Positions 25,601 to 39,388 of a DNA stretch of 64,000 nucleotides are shown here, piece after piece. The position numbers and the translations under genes are program-made. This DNA comes from Ranitomeya imitator. Lineage: Eukaryota. Position 1 is the first letter of the stretch; the number at the start of each line of letters is the position of its first letter. The notes beneath the pieces are model-generated. The model did no database searches and had not been told where the DNA came from. It was given only the letters and a program-made list of their open reading frames with translations. The stretch covers positions 817,098,001 through 817,162,000 of the forward strand of contig NC_091283.1 of the NCBI RefSeq assembly GCF_032444005.1, given 5' to 3'.

Positions 25601-25909
25601 TAAGTAATGTGTAGTGATAACCAGGCCCAAGTAATATCTAGTAATGCCTAGGCCTAAGTAGTATCTAATGATATTGAATACCAAGTATTATGTAGCAATG
25701 CCTAGGCTCCAGTAGAAATTAGCAATGCCTAGGCCTGTCGTATATAGTGATACCGAAGCCCAAATAATATCTGGTAATGTCTATGCATAACTAGTAATTA
25801 GTAATGTCTAGGCCTAAGTTTTATATAGTGATACCCAGGCTCAAGTAATATCTAGTAATGCCTAGGCCTAAGTAGTAATTAGTGCCTTAGTAGGTACTTA
25901 GTAGCCTAA

Positions 25910-26299
25910 AGGTACCGTCACACTGAGCAACTTTGCAACGAGAACGACAACAATCCGTGAGGTTGCAGCGTCCTGGATAGCGATCTCGTTGTGTTTGACA
26001 CGCAGCAGCGATCTGGATCCCGCTGTGCCATCGCTGGTCGGAGCTAGAAGGCCAGAACTTTTATCGGCATGTATCGTCATGTTTGACATCAAAAGCAACG
26101 ACGCCAACAACGTTTTACATGGAGCTAACTACCAGCGAGAACGATAAGTCGCCGTTACGTCACTGGATCGCTCCTGCATCGTTCTGGAGTTGCTGTGTTT
26201 GACGTCTCTACAGCGACCTAAACAGCGACGCTCCAGCGATCTAGTTTAGGTCGGCTCATTGTCTATACCGCTGCAGAATCGCTGAGTGTGACGGTACCT
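25910..26299. mobile_element. PIF/Harbinger-type MITE, short form (390 bp)
   Basis: TIR AGGTACCGTCACACT / AGTGTGACGGTACCT; flanks are TAA and TTA (one mismatch). Confidence 0.8.
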
Positions 26300-26591
26300 T
26301 TACTAGTGATACCAAGGTCCTAACAATATGCAGCAATGTTTGGGCCATGCTACAAGTCAACCACTGAAACAAGCATTGATAAGGATTCATTTGCATCTTA
26401 ATGGCGAATACCAAGGCCTAAGTTCTATCCTAATACCAAGTTCTATCTAGTGATACTCAGGCTCAAGTAATACCAAGGCCAAAGTAATATCTAGTAACGC
26501 CTAGGCCTAAGTAGTGTGTAGTGATAACCAGGCTCAAGAAATATCTAGTAACGCCTAGGCTCAAGTATTAATTAGTAACGCCTAGGCCTAA

Positions 26592-26972
26592 GGGTACCGT
26601 CACACAGTGGCACTTTGATCGCTAGGACGGCACGATCCGTGACGTTCCAGCGATATCATTACGATCTCGCTGTGTCTGACACGCTACTGCAATCAGGGAC
26701 CCCGCTGAGAATCGTATGTCATAGCAGATCGTCTGAAACTTTATTTCATCGCTGGATCTCCCGCTGACATCACTGAATCGGTGTGTGTGACGCCGATTCA
26801 GCGATATCTTCACTGGTAACCAGGGTAAACATCGGGTTACTAAGCGCAGGGCCGCGCTTAGTAACCCGATGTTTACCCTGGTTACCAGCGTAAACGTTAA
26901 AAAAACAAACACTACATACTCACCTTCAGCTGTCTGTCTCCGGCGCTCTGCTTCTCTGCACTCCTCCTGCAT
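26592..26972. mobile_element. Truncated left-half copy of the adjacent Harbinger MITE
   Basis: TAA|GGGTACCGTCACACAGTGG start; colinear with 26976-27356 but with multiple substitutions; ends at CCTGCAT. Confidence 0.85.
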
Positions 26973-26975
26973 TAA

Positions 26976-27712
26976 GGGTACCGTCACACAGTGGCACTTT
27001 GATCGCTAGGACGGCACGATCCGTGACGTTCCAGCGATATCGTTACGATCTCGCTGTGTCTGACGCGCTACTGCAATCAGGGACCCCGCTGAGAATCGTA
27101 CATCGTAGCAGATCGTCTGAAACTTTCTTTCGTCGCTGAATCTCCCGCTGTCATCGCTGAATCGGCGTGTGTGATGCCGATTCAGCGATGTCTTCACTGG
27201 TAACCAGGGTAAACATCGGGTTACTAAGCGCAGGGCTGCGCTTAGTAACCCGATGTTTACCCTGGTTACCAGCGTAAACGTAAAAAAAACAAACATTACA
27301 TACTTACCTTCAGCTGTCTGTCCCCGGCGCTCTGCTTCTCTGCACTCCTCCTGCATCCTGTGTCAGCGCCGGCCAGCCAGAAAGCACAGCAGTGACGTCA
27401 CCGATCTGCTTTACGGCTGACCGGCGCTGACAGTGCAGAGGGAAGCAGAGCGCCGGAGGACAGACACGGAATGTAAGTATGTAATGTTTTTTTTTTTTTA
27501 CGTTTACGCTGGTAACCAGGGTAAACATCGGGTTACTAAGCGCGGCCCTGCGCTTAGTAACCCAATGTTTACCCTGGTTACCCGGGGACTTCGGCATCGT
27601 TGGTCGCTGGAGAGCTGCCTGTGTGACAGCTCTCCAGCGACCAAACAGCGACGCTGCAGCGATCGACATCGTTGTCGTATCGCTGCAGCGTCGTTTCAGT
27701 GTGACGGTACCC
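26976..27712. mobile_element. PIF/Harbinger-type MITE, long form (737 bp)
   Basis: TAA at 26973-26975 and 27713-27715; TIR GGGTACCGTCACAC / GTGTGACGGTACCC. Confidence 0.88.
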
Positions 27713-27796
27713 TAAGTAGTATCTAACATTACTGAAGACCAAGTATTAATTAGTAACGCCTAGGCCTAATAGTATCTAGTGATACCAAGGCCCTAA

Positions 27797-28189
27797 GGGT
27801 ACCGTCACACAGTGCAATTTTCATCGCTACAACGGTACGATCCGTGACGCTCCAGCATAGTAACAATATCGCTCCAGCGTCGTAGACTGCTGTCACACTT
27901 TGCAATCTACGACGCTGGAGCGATAATTTCATGACGTATGTGCGATGTAGAAGCCGTTGGTTACTATGCGCACATCGTATACGATATATGTTACACCATG
28001 CGATCATGCCGCCACAGCGGGACACTAGACGACGAAAGAAAGTTTCAAACGATCTGCTACGACGTACGATTCTCAGCGGGGTCCCTGATCGCAGGAGCGT
28101 GTCAGACACTGCGATATCGTAACTATATCGCTCGAACGTCACGAATCGTGCCGTCGTAGCGATCAAAATTGCACTGTGTGACGGTACCC
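27797..28189. mobile_element. PIF/Harbinger-type MITE (393 bp)
   Basis: TAA at 27794-27796 and 28190-28192; TIR GGGTACCGTCACACAGTGCAATTTT; empty-site siblings of the host spacer near 24721 and 26308. Confidence 0.92.
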
Positions 28190-30145
28190 TAACAATATCT
28201 AGCACTGAAACGAGTATTGATAAGGATTCATTTGCATCCTAATGACTTTCCCTGATTGCAGAAGATCATGGACCTGTTTATGAGATAAGTGGATCTTCAC
28301 AATAGCTTGTAAGCGGTGTATAAACCGATTATAAGAGGGTGAATCATGGCCGCAGGCCTAATGTATGGAGAGGTTCATGTCACTTATAAGTGGTTTAAAA
28401 TGCTTGCAGATTTTTTTTTTCCCTTCTAAGAGCCGGTAACATGATTTAATCAGATCGCACCATGGCTTGTTCCTTGCATAAGGCAGGGGCTTAAGAGCAG
28501 ACACATTTGCAGATGAACCGCTTTTACTAGCTTCTCGGAGACATGACATTTGTTCAGCAGATTAGCCAGGTTGTAATGTGCGGCATAATTGCACTGTGCG
28601 GATGTCCCAGAAGTGAAAACCTAATTGCTTGACAGGACTATAACTTTGAGGCACGTCCTCACCTTGTTAGGTCCTTTTTCTGATGCAGTTCAAATGAAGT
28701 CTGGCCGCAGGTGTGCCTAATTTACCTCGCAACAGAACGTGCGCTGTGTAATTGCAGGGTAGTAGTTAGGGGAAATTGGTGGGTGGAATATCAAGTGACT
28801 TACTGTACGCTGATGGCATATGGGTGTTTTTGTGCCATTGTTAGGGCAGATGAGCAGAGGTTTGCTTTGAAATATATTATCGGAAAACTGTACAATATGG
28901 AAAAACAGATTTTGCTTCATCGACCGTAACAATTCTGCTCTGTACGCAACGCAGACACTTTGCAATATTTACATTTTATTAATAATCATGTTTACATCCA
29001 TTTGCTATTTTAATCCTCTATCTGGAATTCCCTATCAAAAAATGTCTAACATATTTTCTTTGGAAATTTTTGTGGTCCTGGAAGTGTCGTAATTGCGGAA
29101 ACGTTGTGATATTATAAATAATGTATGACTACTACTTATTTGAGGGAGTCTTAAAAAGGTTGCCCAGAATGAGAAAAACAAAGACAGTCTTACTTTTGTC
29201 CTTTAAAATCATAATTTTTATTTCTACAGCGCCTTTTGCTATTTCTGATATTACGATTCTGCTTCATTTATTTTCCAATACCAGACATGGTCATTAGACA
29301 AAAATGGTGCTGTTTATGTAAAAAACAAAAAAGGCTGGTACGCCATTTTTATGACAATGAAATAATATGATGCCAGCAAAATCAAAAAAAAAATTGAAGA
29401 ATTTTGGGAAGGAAAAAGTCATAGTTCTAAGAACTCTTAAATGAGTCGTCCACTACTTGGTCAACCCCTTATTCAATAGTTAATTCCCCAGTGTTACCAG
29501 GGTAAAATAACAGATGTCTCCTGGCATTGGATCTCCCTTGGCTCATGTGATTGTATGCCACGTGAGCCCTGCAGTAGTCAGTGGTCTCTAATGAATGGAT
29601 TCGCTTACACTTCCTTCGTATAAACTATGGACTTACGAAGGAAGTGTGAGAACTGGAGCCGATTCGTGGCCGCTGATTGGCTGCTATACTTGCACGTCAT
29701 GGCAATATCACATAATCCCTGCCATTCCCGGCGCTGTTATCGCTGGAACAGTGCCGGTACAGGAGGCATCTGTTATTTTCATTTTACCCTTGGGTATATA
29801 CTATTTAAGAAAGGGTTGTCTGAGTAGTGGACAATACCAATAAGGAGTCCATACATTGAGTTGGCCAAACCTGATGACTTTGCCAGGACACACCGAAGAC
29901 CACCTGAGTCTACATTGATCGATGATGTGGGAAGTGAAGGGATCAGTTATGTTAAATTTCAATGCCTGATCCTTTCTTTCATCGGGGTGATAAGCATTTG
30001 TGAAGTTGAGCGAATCGGATGAATGGCGGTTGGCTCAATTGGAATTTTGCCGACAATGTTTCCGTCACTGAAATCTAAATCTCAATTTTATGAAAATAGA
30101 ACTCTGATCATTATGTTTGACATTTTTGTGTTCCGCGTCACTTAA

Positions 30146-30259
<114 letters not shown>

Positions 30260-31389
30260 TGATGGAGATGGCCCGTTGCTGTGACATGTGACAACTTTCC
30301 TGTAGATGTAAACGTGACGGCATTTGACATGTCATGACTGATCTGACCAGTTTGGGCAGGATAGGATGTCAGCCTTTTGACCTATTGGTATAAACCAACA
30401 AATGTTCATTTTCATAGTAAAAAAAAAAGAATCCAATCTGCCATCTTAAATATTATATTAATGTTTAGTCTTCAAATATAAACATAACTATCCAAAAAAA
30501 GTTTCAATTCAGTTGGGTTCTAATTCACTAACTTTATCTCTATTGGCATAAAATGATCCAAAAATTGTCTTGGTTCTCAGAATTCGATTAGTTGGTAACT
30601 TCGGCTAACACACATTGGTTGGCTCATTGGTGTTATTGATGAGTCGTCTGATTGATTGATACAATTAGATAGAAATAATATTAGGTGATACCAAGTCTCT
30701 AATTTTCTGATGTACAGTAGGTAAAGGCTTACCACAAGATTGAAGATATACATACACGTTACATTAATTTTTAGTCCTTACCTGGTGATTTAGTTGGAAC
30801 CAGTCAACCATCAACAATGTTTGTGCATATGCAATGTGGGGGTTAAATATGTCTCAAGAGTTCCTGGTGAAGACGACAAAAGAATAGAAGGTCCACTCAA
30901 GCAGTGCACCTGTATATTCTGCTCAGAGATCATTAAGATCTTTTAGGAAGATTAAGCTCTTTAGTTCTGAATTAGCGCTCCTTAAGATTAACCTAAAAGA
31001 CAAAAAAGGTCTATTGAGAACAGACAAAGGCCAGTGGAATACTTTGCTTGTGATAAGGGAGCTGACACCACTGCAGGACCAAAGTATTGTCCATTACCCA
31101 CTGTTCACAATATACTTATATAATTATATAAGTAATATATATAATATATATATATATATTACTTAAGCTTTCAATCCTATGAGTAATACAATTAAATAAT
31201 TACATGACCATTGGCTTTAGACCAATGGAATTCGCTCCAAAAATGCATAATTGGTACCTCAATGACCAATTTCATGCCATAAATCTATGTACTATTGAGA
31301 TTCTCTTACTTCTATTAGACACTTTTACCTGTCTTACAGACAAGCCAATATTCCCTGGGAAAAAAATATGTAAATTATCTCTCCCAGAA

Positions 31390-32420
31390 AGAAGAAAACC
31401 AATAAATGGCAGTAGAGGGACAGGTTTCTTCCTTCTGGGTGGGAGCTATTGTGCATTGCTAGGTATAACACATATTCTTGATATGAATTCTTTGATACTA
31501 AAAATTGCGGGAAGAATACCAATAGCTGGCACTAGAAGGACAGCTTTAATCTATCTGGAGGAGAGCTCATTTGCATTTCTAGCAATGTAACTAGTTCTTG
31601 ATGCAGAACTTTGAGCTTAAAAGTAAAACGACTGGAGGTTTGGAGAAAGAAGGGAGAAAACCAATAGGGGCACTAGAGAGACAGTGTTCTGCCTTCTGTA
31701 AGAGAGGTAATTTGCATTTCAAGCTACGTAACATATTATTGATATGAAACTTGGAGCCTGATACTAAAAACTGCTGGACGAGCTGAGAAAAGATGGGAAG
31801 AAGGAAGAAAACCAATAGGTGGCACTTTGTAAACAGTTTTCTTCATTATGGGGGAGAGCTCAGTTAAATTTTAGCTATGTAATATATTCCTGAAAAGGAA
31901 CTTGGAACCTGATACCAAAAACTTCTGTTTGAGCTGAGAATAAAGGAATGGAAGAAGGAAAGAAAACCAACAGGTGGTACCATTAAGACAGTTTTCTTCC
32001 TTCTGGAGGAGAGCTAATTTGCATTTTTATCTATGTAACATATACTTGATATGGAACTTGGAACCGAAAAATGAAGAATGTTGGAGGTGTGGAAAAAAGA
32101 GGATGAGAAGAAGGAATGAAACCAAAAGTCGCCACTAGGGAGACAGCTATCTTCCTTCTGGAGGAGAGCTAATTTTCATTTCTTGCTATGTAAGATATTT
32201 TTTATATGGAATTTGGAACTTAAAAGTCAATACTACCGGAGGGGTGGAGAAAAGCGGCACAAGAAGAAGGAAAAAAACTAGTAGGTAGTACTAGGAGAGT
32301 AGTTTTCTTCCTTTTGGAGGAGAGCTATTTTGCATTCTCAGCAATATAACATATTCTTGATGTGGGACTCGGAACCTGATACTAAAAACTGCTGGAGGAG
32401 CTGAGAAAAGGGGACAGAGC
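31390..32420. repeat. Diverged tandem repeat, about 150 bp unit, about 7 copies (intron 7)
   Basis: AAACCAA-type anchors near 31395, 31515, 31657, 31807, 31963, 32118 and 32275; recurring TTCCTTCTGGAGGAGAGCT and CATATTCTTGATATG. Confidence 0.85.
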
Positions 32421-33902
32421 TAGTATTAGGAAATGGAATTCACTTTAGAATTTCCTTTGACACTCCCTTTTCCATTATACACCATGTAGTTAGTATTAAT
32501 ATGTTTGTAGGCCAATCTAGGTGTAGAAATCTAAAATAACTGACTAACGTACGCCACAGGTTTACCTTTAATATGACATTGAAGAAAATAAATAAATAAC
32601 AGACAGCGCCCAGAAAAATAGTGTTTACCCATATGAGCGCCTACAATAAATCACATTTATTGTCCACATCATGCATGGAGACATCTGTTTTACGCTTTAG
32701 GTTTTATTCCCTGTCCGTATTCATATATCTTACAGTTAGGACTTCTTTAAAAAAAAAAAAATTATAGGAAAAAAAAAATCCCATCCTTCACAACACTTCA
32801 GCGAACTTCCATTTCTCATGGTTCTCAGCTTCAAGTGCCACCGGTAATATTGATCCATGGGAGCTGAGCAGAAGGTCAAGCCTGGGATGACTAAAAGTCT
32901 CCTCTTTGTCTTCCCGATAACTGCGAGAAGCATCACTCAAAAGATGATTCTGTGGTCAACGCTGGGACTCCTGACTGGTTACTGAATGACAACGCTGGAT
33001 CTCTCCAGCTCATTTTCCTTACCTTAATTTCCAATTGTGTTATGCAGCACAATCCTACATTTAGCCTCCGCGAGTCTATAATATCGAGGTACCAACCCCA
33101 TAGAGTTAATATAGAACAAATGTCTTTTTTTTTGTTCTTCCACTGAACTGTTATTGTCCCTTGGCGACTGACCTATATATAAATTGACACAGCAAAGACA
33201 GTCGTGTTTTCTCCCCGGCATTTTTTTTTTCTTTTCTCTTGCCCGTGTGTTTCAGACAGTGTGGAGTGGAGGAGGACTGAAACGCGCTGGCACTTTAGTA
33301 TGGAAAGCAGGCATCCTGTATTTTGTACGGCATGTAATTCACTATAGCAACGCTGAACAGAGTCTCCTGACCTCTCTCAAATCTTCAGCTTGACTTACGA
33401 TTCTCGTTTTTTAGTTATTTTTTTATTTCCCTTTCGACTTTTAATTAGGTACTTGTTCCAGATAAATTCCTTCCTCGCATAAATAGAAAAAAAGGATAAA
33501 TGGAGAAATAATATCAATGACTTCCAGACTAATCTGCCCTTGTCAAAATGCAATTCACCATGTAGGCTGGTAAAGAAATGCATATTGCAAGCTGCGGGGG
33601 TCGACAAGATGGCCATAGGTGTTGTTCCAGCTCTCAAAATTGTGCCATTCCTTTAATCTAACACCATAGATAATCCGTCCTTCTTGAGTATCAGAAACAA
33701 ACATTAAGAAAAAAGTTGACCTTAAAGAGCTTGTTAAGAATTTCCTTTTACAAAAACAGCGCCCCCTTTGTCTACACGTTGTGTATGGTATTGCAGCTCT
33801 GCCCTATTTACTTCAGTGGACCTGAGTTGCAGTGCAAGGCAAAGTGGCGTTGTTTATGGAAAAAGATAGCCATGTTTTTCGAACTTTGGGGAACCTTTTT
33901 AA

Positions 33903-34682
33903 AGAAGATCTGTCACTTGCCATAAAAATGTAATCTTATTTTAGGCTACTTTAACACTAGCGTCGTACGACGCACGTCGCAATGCGACGTTGCGACGTAC
34001 CGATGCACACTGTGAAACCGCCGCACAACGGGGGCAGCGGATGCAGTTTTTCAACACATCCGCTGCCCCATTCTGAGCTGCGGGGAGGAGAAGGCGGAGT
34101 TCCGGCCGCGCATGCACGGTCGGAAATGGCGGACACGACGCACCAGAAAACGTTACAAGCAACGTTTTTTGGTGCCGACGCAACACGACGCAACCATCGC
34201 ACGACGGTTGCGACGTGTGGCAATGCGTCGCAATGCATCGCTAATACAAGCCTATGGAGAAAAAACGCATCCTGCAGACAACTTTGCAGGATGCGTTTTT
34301 CCTGCAAAACGACGCATTGCGACGGAGGCCAAACGACGCTAGTGTGAAAGTAGCCTTAATCTGGTCTAAAAGTTGCTGCTCTCTTGAATCTGGAGTCATT
34401 TTTCTTTTGTTTCTGCGCCTCTCCATTCCTGAGATACGGCCCTCCTTTCTCTGTGTATAAATTGAGTATTTTAGCCAATTGGGTGTGGTCCTTAAGAAGA
34501 CATCCGGAAATGTCCACGCCAACTTGACTTAAAAGACCACATTTACAAACAGGGAAAATGGGGTCATATCTCATGAACAGAAAGGCGTAGGAACAAAAGA
34601 AAAACGACGCCGGAATCAGGAGAATGGCGGCATTTATGCTAGGCCAAGATATTAGATATTTATTATAAGTAATGGCTCCCCT
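33903..34682. mobile_element. Old TTAA-flanked T2/Kolobok-type MITE hosting a Harbinger MITE
   Basis: TTAA at 33899-33902 and 34683-34686; degenerate AGAAGATCTGTCA / GGCTCCCCT ends. Confidence 0.5.
33944..34355. mobile_element. PIF/Harbinger-type MITE (412 bp)
   Basis: TTA duplication at 33941-33943 and 34356-34358; TIR GGCTACTTT(A/C)ACACTAGCGTCG; CpG-rich palindromic interior. Confidence 0.88.
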
Positions 34683-35612
34683 TTAAAAAGGCTAAAATTT
34701 ACATATCAATTAAAAATGTGTCATTGTCACATTAGTGGAATCTTATAATTGGTAATTTCTCATTTCTACTAAGTCTTATGCTTCTGGTTCTAAGGGTTCG
34801 TCCCCGGGCTTCATTTTCCTGTTCTGACCTCAATATTAGTATTTGTGTCCTGTACATTACATATTTGTTGCACTGCGCACCCATAGCTCATTATATGAAG
34901 TGGTCGGTGCAGCTATATGATAGCACACACTATAAGCGAGTGTACTTTCTTTGTTCCCCTGGTTCACTTACCAAGCAGTTAGTGAGAGAGCATCACATAT
35001 GGCACACTCACTAGCCCATATGGCTCTTTCCAGCTTCTGTTTCCCAATCACGACGCATTCCTCAATGACAGCTTTTCTACGGTGTTGATAAATACAGAAA
35101 ATTAAAGATCTATTAATGAAGAGATTTTCACACAATCTAAGCTATATTTACTTCACACATAATAGTCTTCTTCCAACATTGCCCCGAGGATAAAATAATG
35201 CCTCGCCCAATTACCAAAATAAATTTTGGAAATTGCACTTGCGATAAAAGGCAATTTTTATGTTGGGTGCTGTATTTGTTGTAAGGTATTTAGACGACCT
35301 TTCATAGAAATAATACACTGTTAGAAGGGGCCCGATTCATGAAGTTTTTTTTTCTCCAGAATTCTGGTGTAAAACACTTTCAAATGTCTCAAAATTTTTG
35401 TGCAGCTCAAAGTTACGCAAAACGTTTAGCAACTTTTGACTTTTTTTTACGCCTGCCCGTAAGATTCTAAAAAATGGACTCCAATTTAATGGCATAAATT
35501 ACACGAGAAATATACTCTAGTTTTTGACAAGAGTAACATTTCTGACATTGGTGCGTGGCAGGTGTAAGATGTTCCTAGTTCATTAGGAGGCGTATAAAAC
35601 ACTTGTCTAAAA

Positions 35613-35942
35613 AGGGGGTTGGCCAGGACGTTTTTATCCTCAGGATAGGTCATCAGTATCTGATTGGTGGGGGTGCTACCTTCAACACCCACATTGATTA
35701 GCTGTTCCCAGTGCCTACTGGAGATACTGGATGAGGAATTGCAATGCAAAGTCAAGTGTCTAGTGGCCGATCCTGGATATTGTCCATCCACCCCTATGGA
35801 TTCAAAACAAAGCCCTTCCTGGCACCACCAGTACCAGGAACAGCAGATCTGTTGGGATACTGGGTGTCACACCCTCACCAATCAGATATCGATGACCTAT
35901 CCTAAGGATAGGCTATCAATGTAAAAGTCCTGGACAATCATT
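35613..35942. mobile_element. T2/Kolobok-type MITE of the family seen at 5235-6358
   Basis: Ends AGGGGGTTGGCCAGGAC / GTCCTGGACAATCA; subterminal ACCTATCCTAAGGATAGG palindrome; TTAA at 35943-35946. Confidence 0.6.
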
Positions 35943-37326
35943 TTAATGAATTGAGCCCTACATATTCCATACTTTATCAATAAATCAATAGGCTATCCAT
36001 CTAAAAGTTCCCGACAAGCACTTTAATGAATCGGTCCCTCTATATTCCATACTTTATCAATAAATCCCATTTATAAAAAATGTATGTGCCTCAAAGTTTA
36101 GTCATTAAAATAAGGAATCGGAAACTAATACAACAGTTGGCAATAACTTACCAATGTAATCTGTAAATCAATGATTAATCTCCTCAGTACCCTGAGCACC
36201 AGTGGGTGTTGAAAGACATTTAGAAAGTTTTAGCCCTACACATGGAAGGCTTTTTTTTCAAGCCATTAAAATAATAGCATAATGCTTTATATTTTACATT
36301 CCAAGAGAAACATTGAATTTTTTTTTAATGGACAGAGATATATTCACAAACGTAGTATAAATCGAATAAACCAACCGAAAAGGTCCATTTTGGCACCTCA
36401 TTTTAAACATCCTCTAGTGTTATTATATTTTGACTTGGCTGTGAAGGTTTAATTTAGACAATCTGAAACCTGAACTATTGTAATCATTCCAGAGTTCTCA
36501 TATTAACCTGCACTTGTTGTTATCCGAGACCCCAAAGACCGTCCTGGAATTATGTCAACATGTGGAGCCATCTGCAGACCTACAAGATATGTAATTCCTT
36601 GCCTAGTCCCATCCCGGCCATCGAGCCATTTCCAGGATATATTGTTACATGAAGCCGGTCTAGGTGTTATTGGTTAACAAGGTTGTGATGTGTAAGTGCG
36701 CTCCTGCCTTAAGTCGCTCTGCTGTGAAGCAGCTGGAGTATAAGAGGGCCCTATCCATCATTTCTTCTATGGCCGCACTCTGAACCTGAGCAGCAAGAAT
36801 AGGACCCTTTCAGTCTAATATAAAGAAGGAAATTCCGTTGACATACCAGGGTCAATCACCATCCAAATGAACTTGAGAATGGATACTTTTCATGGGATGA
36901 AAACACTTTCGCTATTCATTTTCCATTCAAGCTTTTCATATGCAAAAACATCATTATTGCTTGGCAAATGTAATCATAGAATTGACAGATGTCTTCAGCC
37001 TAATAGAAAGGCTTCAGATTCATTTTTGATGGGTAAAATGTTTTGATTTGAAACTTCTTTTTTTTTTTACACATTCATAAGAAGGGGTTTTTCTTTGAAC
37101 ATTTCTGCAAGTGACGAGAACACATGCATAACACCAGCCTCATTATAAATCATCTGAATATAGAGCAATACTGTTCACTTTAAGAAAATGAAATATGTAC
37201 GGGGGGAAATGGGGGTTAAAAAAAATTATTTAGCGGTGTTCATAGCTGATGAAATTGTTGTAGGATTCAAGAGTTAAGTTTTGGCATAGCGTGAGGAGCC
37301 ATGGGGGAATTGTATCGGGCATTTAA

Positions 37327-37761
37327 AGAGGCACTCCAATGAAAATGTTTGTCCTCTTAATATATTGCAGTCATCATATTATATTGCACTGTATACTTAC
37401 AATTGCTCATTTTGCCTTTCTACCCAGTAAATTCTTCTCTTTTCCATTAGGTCTATGACATCACGTGATTATAAACTGACTAGCTGAATCCTTCTAAGCT
37501 CTGTGTAGAAGCAGGAAGTCTCTTTTTCCTGCATGAGTCATGACTGCAAAAGTTCCTGGCAGGGGGAGGAGGAAGCAGCTGGGTCAGGAGTTGAAGAGGG
37601 AGATGACTCATGCAGAGAACAGAGACTTCCTGTTTCTGCACAGAGCAGAGAAAAGAAATTTAACTGGGTAGAAAGGCAAAATGAGCAATTGTAAGTACAC
37701 AGTGCCATTTAATATGACGATTGTAATAAAAAAAGATAAAATCTTTGATGGGATTGCTTTT
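37327..37761. mobile_element. TTAA-flanked MITE with long imperfect inverted repeats
   Basis: TTAA at 37323-37326 and 37762-37765; ACTTACAATTGCTCATTTTGCCTTTCTACCCAGT is matched by its exact reverse complement near 37665-37697. Confidence 0.75.
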
Positions 37762-39118
37762 TTAAGTCAAAACTCTGCCCCTTTCTGCTGTCAAATGATC
37801 GGTGCTTTCAAGCGCTTCTTTTTGATGTAGTGTAGTGAGAGCCCATCCAACACTGCTTACGCAGAGCGCAGCAGGTGAGATGAGTTTTTCATTGGCTTCT
37901 GTGCTCCGTATAGGCAGTGACTGATATGACAAAGCTCAGTCTTCTCGGTCGCTTCCCATGAAGGGCGCAGCATCCTGTGACAAATTAATCTCAACTGCTA
38001 TGCTCTGCATAGGCAGCGATGAGAAGATTGAGATTAGTCATTTCGGTCACTGCCTATGAAGAGTGCAGAACCTAAACTCATCTCGACTGCTGCATTGACC
38101 TGGATGACAGAAAATCAACAACTAATAAATGAAAACAAGATTGAATCACATGATTCAATACTGTCTTCATTCATAACTAACAGCTGCTTTTACATTTTTA
38201 CACTTAATTCTAAACCTATCTAGGGATAGGCTTAGGGTTAGGGAAAGGATTAGTGATTCGGTTATGGCTGGTGAAATACAATTATTAAATAAAAAATGTA
38301 ATATAATAATATTTTTTTATTTTTACACTTTTTATTTCTGTAAAAGCTGAAAAATACAAGGTCAAAGCACAAATTAAAATACGTGTGTATGAGGAGTAAG
38401 GGGTTCAACACTTGACTGCTAGAAAGGACTTGTCTTGTCCTGGTCACTGGTAACACATGTTCCACCACTGGGTCTAAGAGCCATATGTGGTTCTTGGTTG
38501 TGTAACATTTGTGTATATCATGGTTGGGGATACCATATAAAAGAGCAAAATGGGGTCTCTATTTTGGTCCTAAAAAATGAGTTCCCTATTCTAATGCTAG
38601 GTCCGTATTCCGGTGCTAGACACCAGCTCCACATTTTGGTTTTCCATAGCAAAGATTAAACTAGATGTTTTTTGCAAGGGTTGAATGGGTTGGTCATTGT
38701 TTCTCATGCCACCCCATTTTCATGACCATTCATGGTCAATATACCACCCTTCTGCTCGCTAACAGTACAATCGCTCTCGAAAGGGGAGGCCTGCATGGGT
38801 TCTTGCCAACGACTTGCAAAAAAGGCGAGAAGAACCATGGCTAACCCTAATCTTTCCAATGACCCCATATGAACCCTTGTCTTTCTCCCTCCGGTTCTGT
38901 TGAGAGGGAATCCAGAGACAGGTTGGTGGGATCAACTGATGACCCAAACCAGCCACAGAAGTTGACTTTATGGTATGTACAACCTACTTTCACATCATAA
39001 AAAGTAGAGAAATTCATGTAATACGATCGGGTCCTTATAGTCTCAACCAATGAAATTGGTATTAATATTTTAGGGGGAATTCTGCCAAGTTTTACCTAAG
39101 TGCAGTAGATGAAGTTAA

Positions 39119-39388
<270 letters not shown>

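Larger units (their letters stand above)
23955..28250. repeat. Degenerate satellite (about 27-33 bp, AGTAATGCCTAGGCCTAAGTAGTATCT-like) interrupted by MITEs
   Basis: The unit recurs throughout; a spacer block (GATACCAAGG(C/T)CCTAACAAT...TTTGCATC) occurs three times, near 24721, 26308 and 27781-28240. Confidence 0.88.

Noticed and set aside
24916-28205. Recurrent ORFs containing LVTRVNIGLLS and similar peptides (also at 50572-51538)
   Set aside because: They come from palindromic MITE interiors; no transposase motifs.
35941-36066. Direct duplication of about 45 bp, 80 bp apart
   Set aside because: A small local duplication next to a MITE end, with no sign of function.
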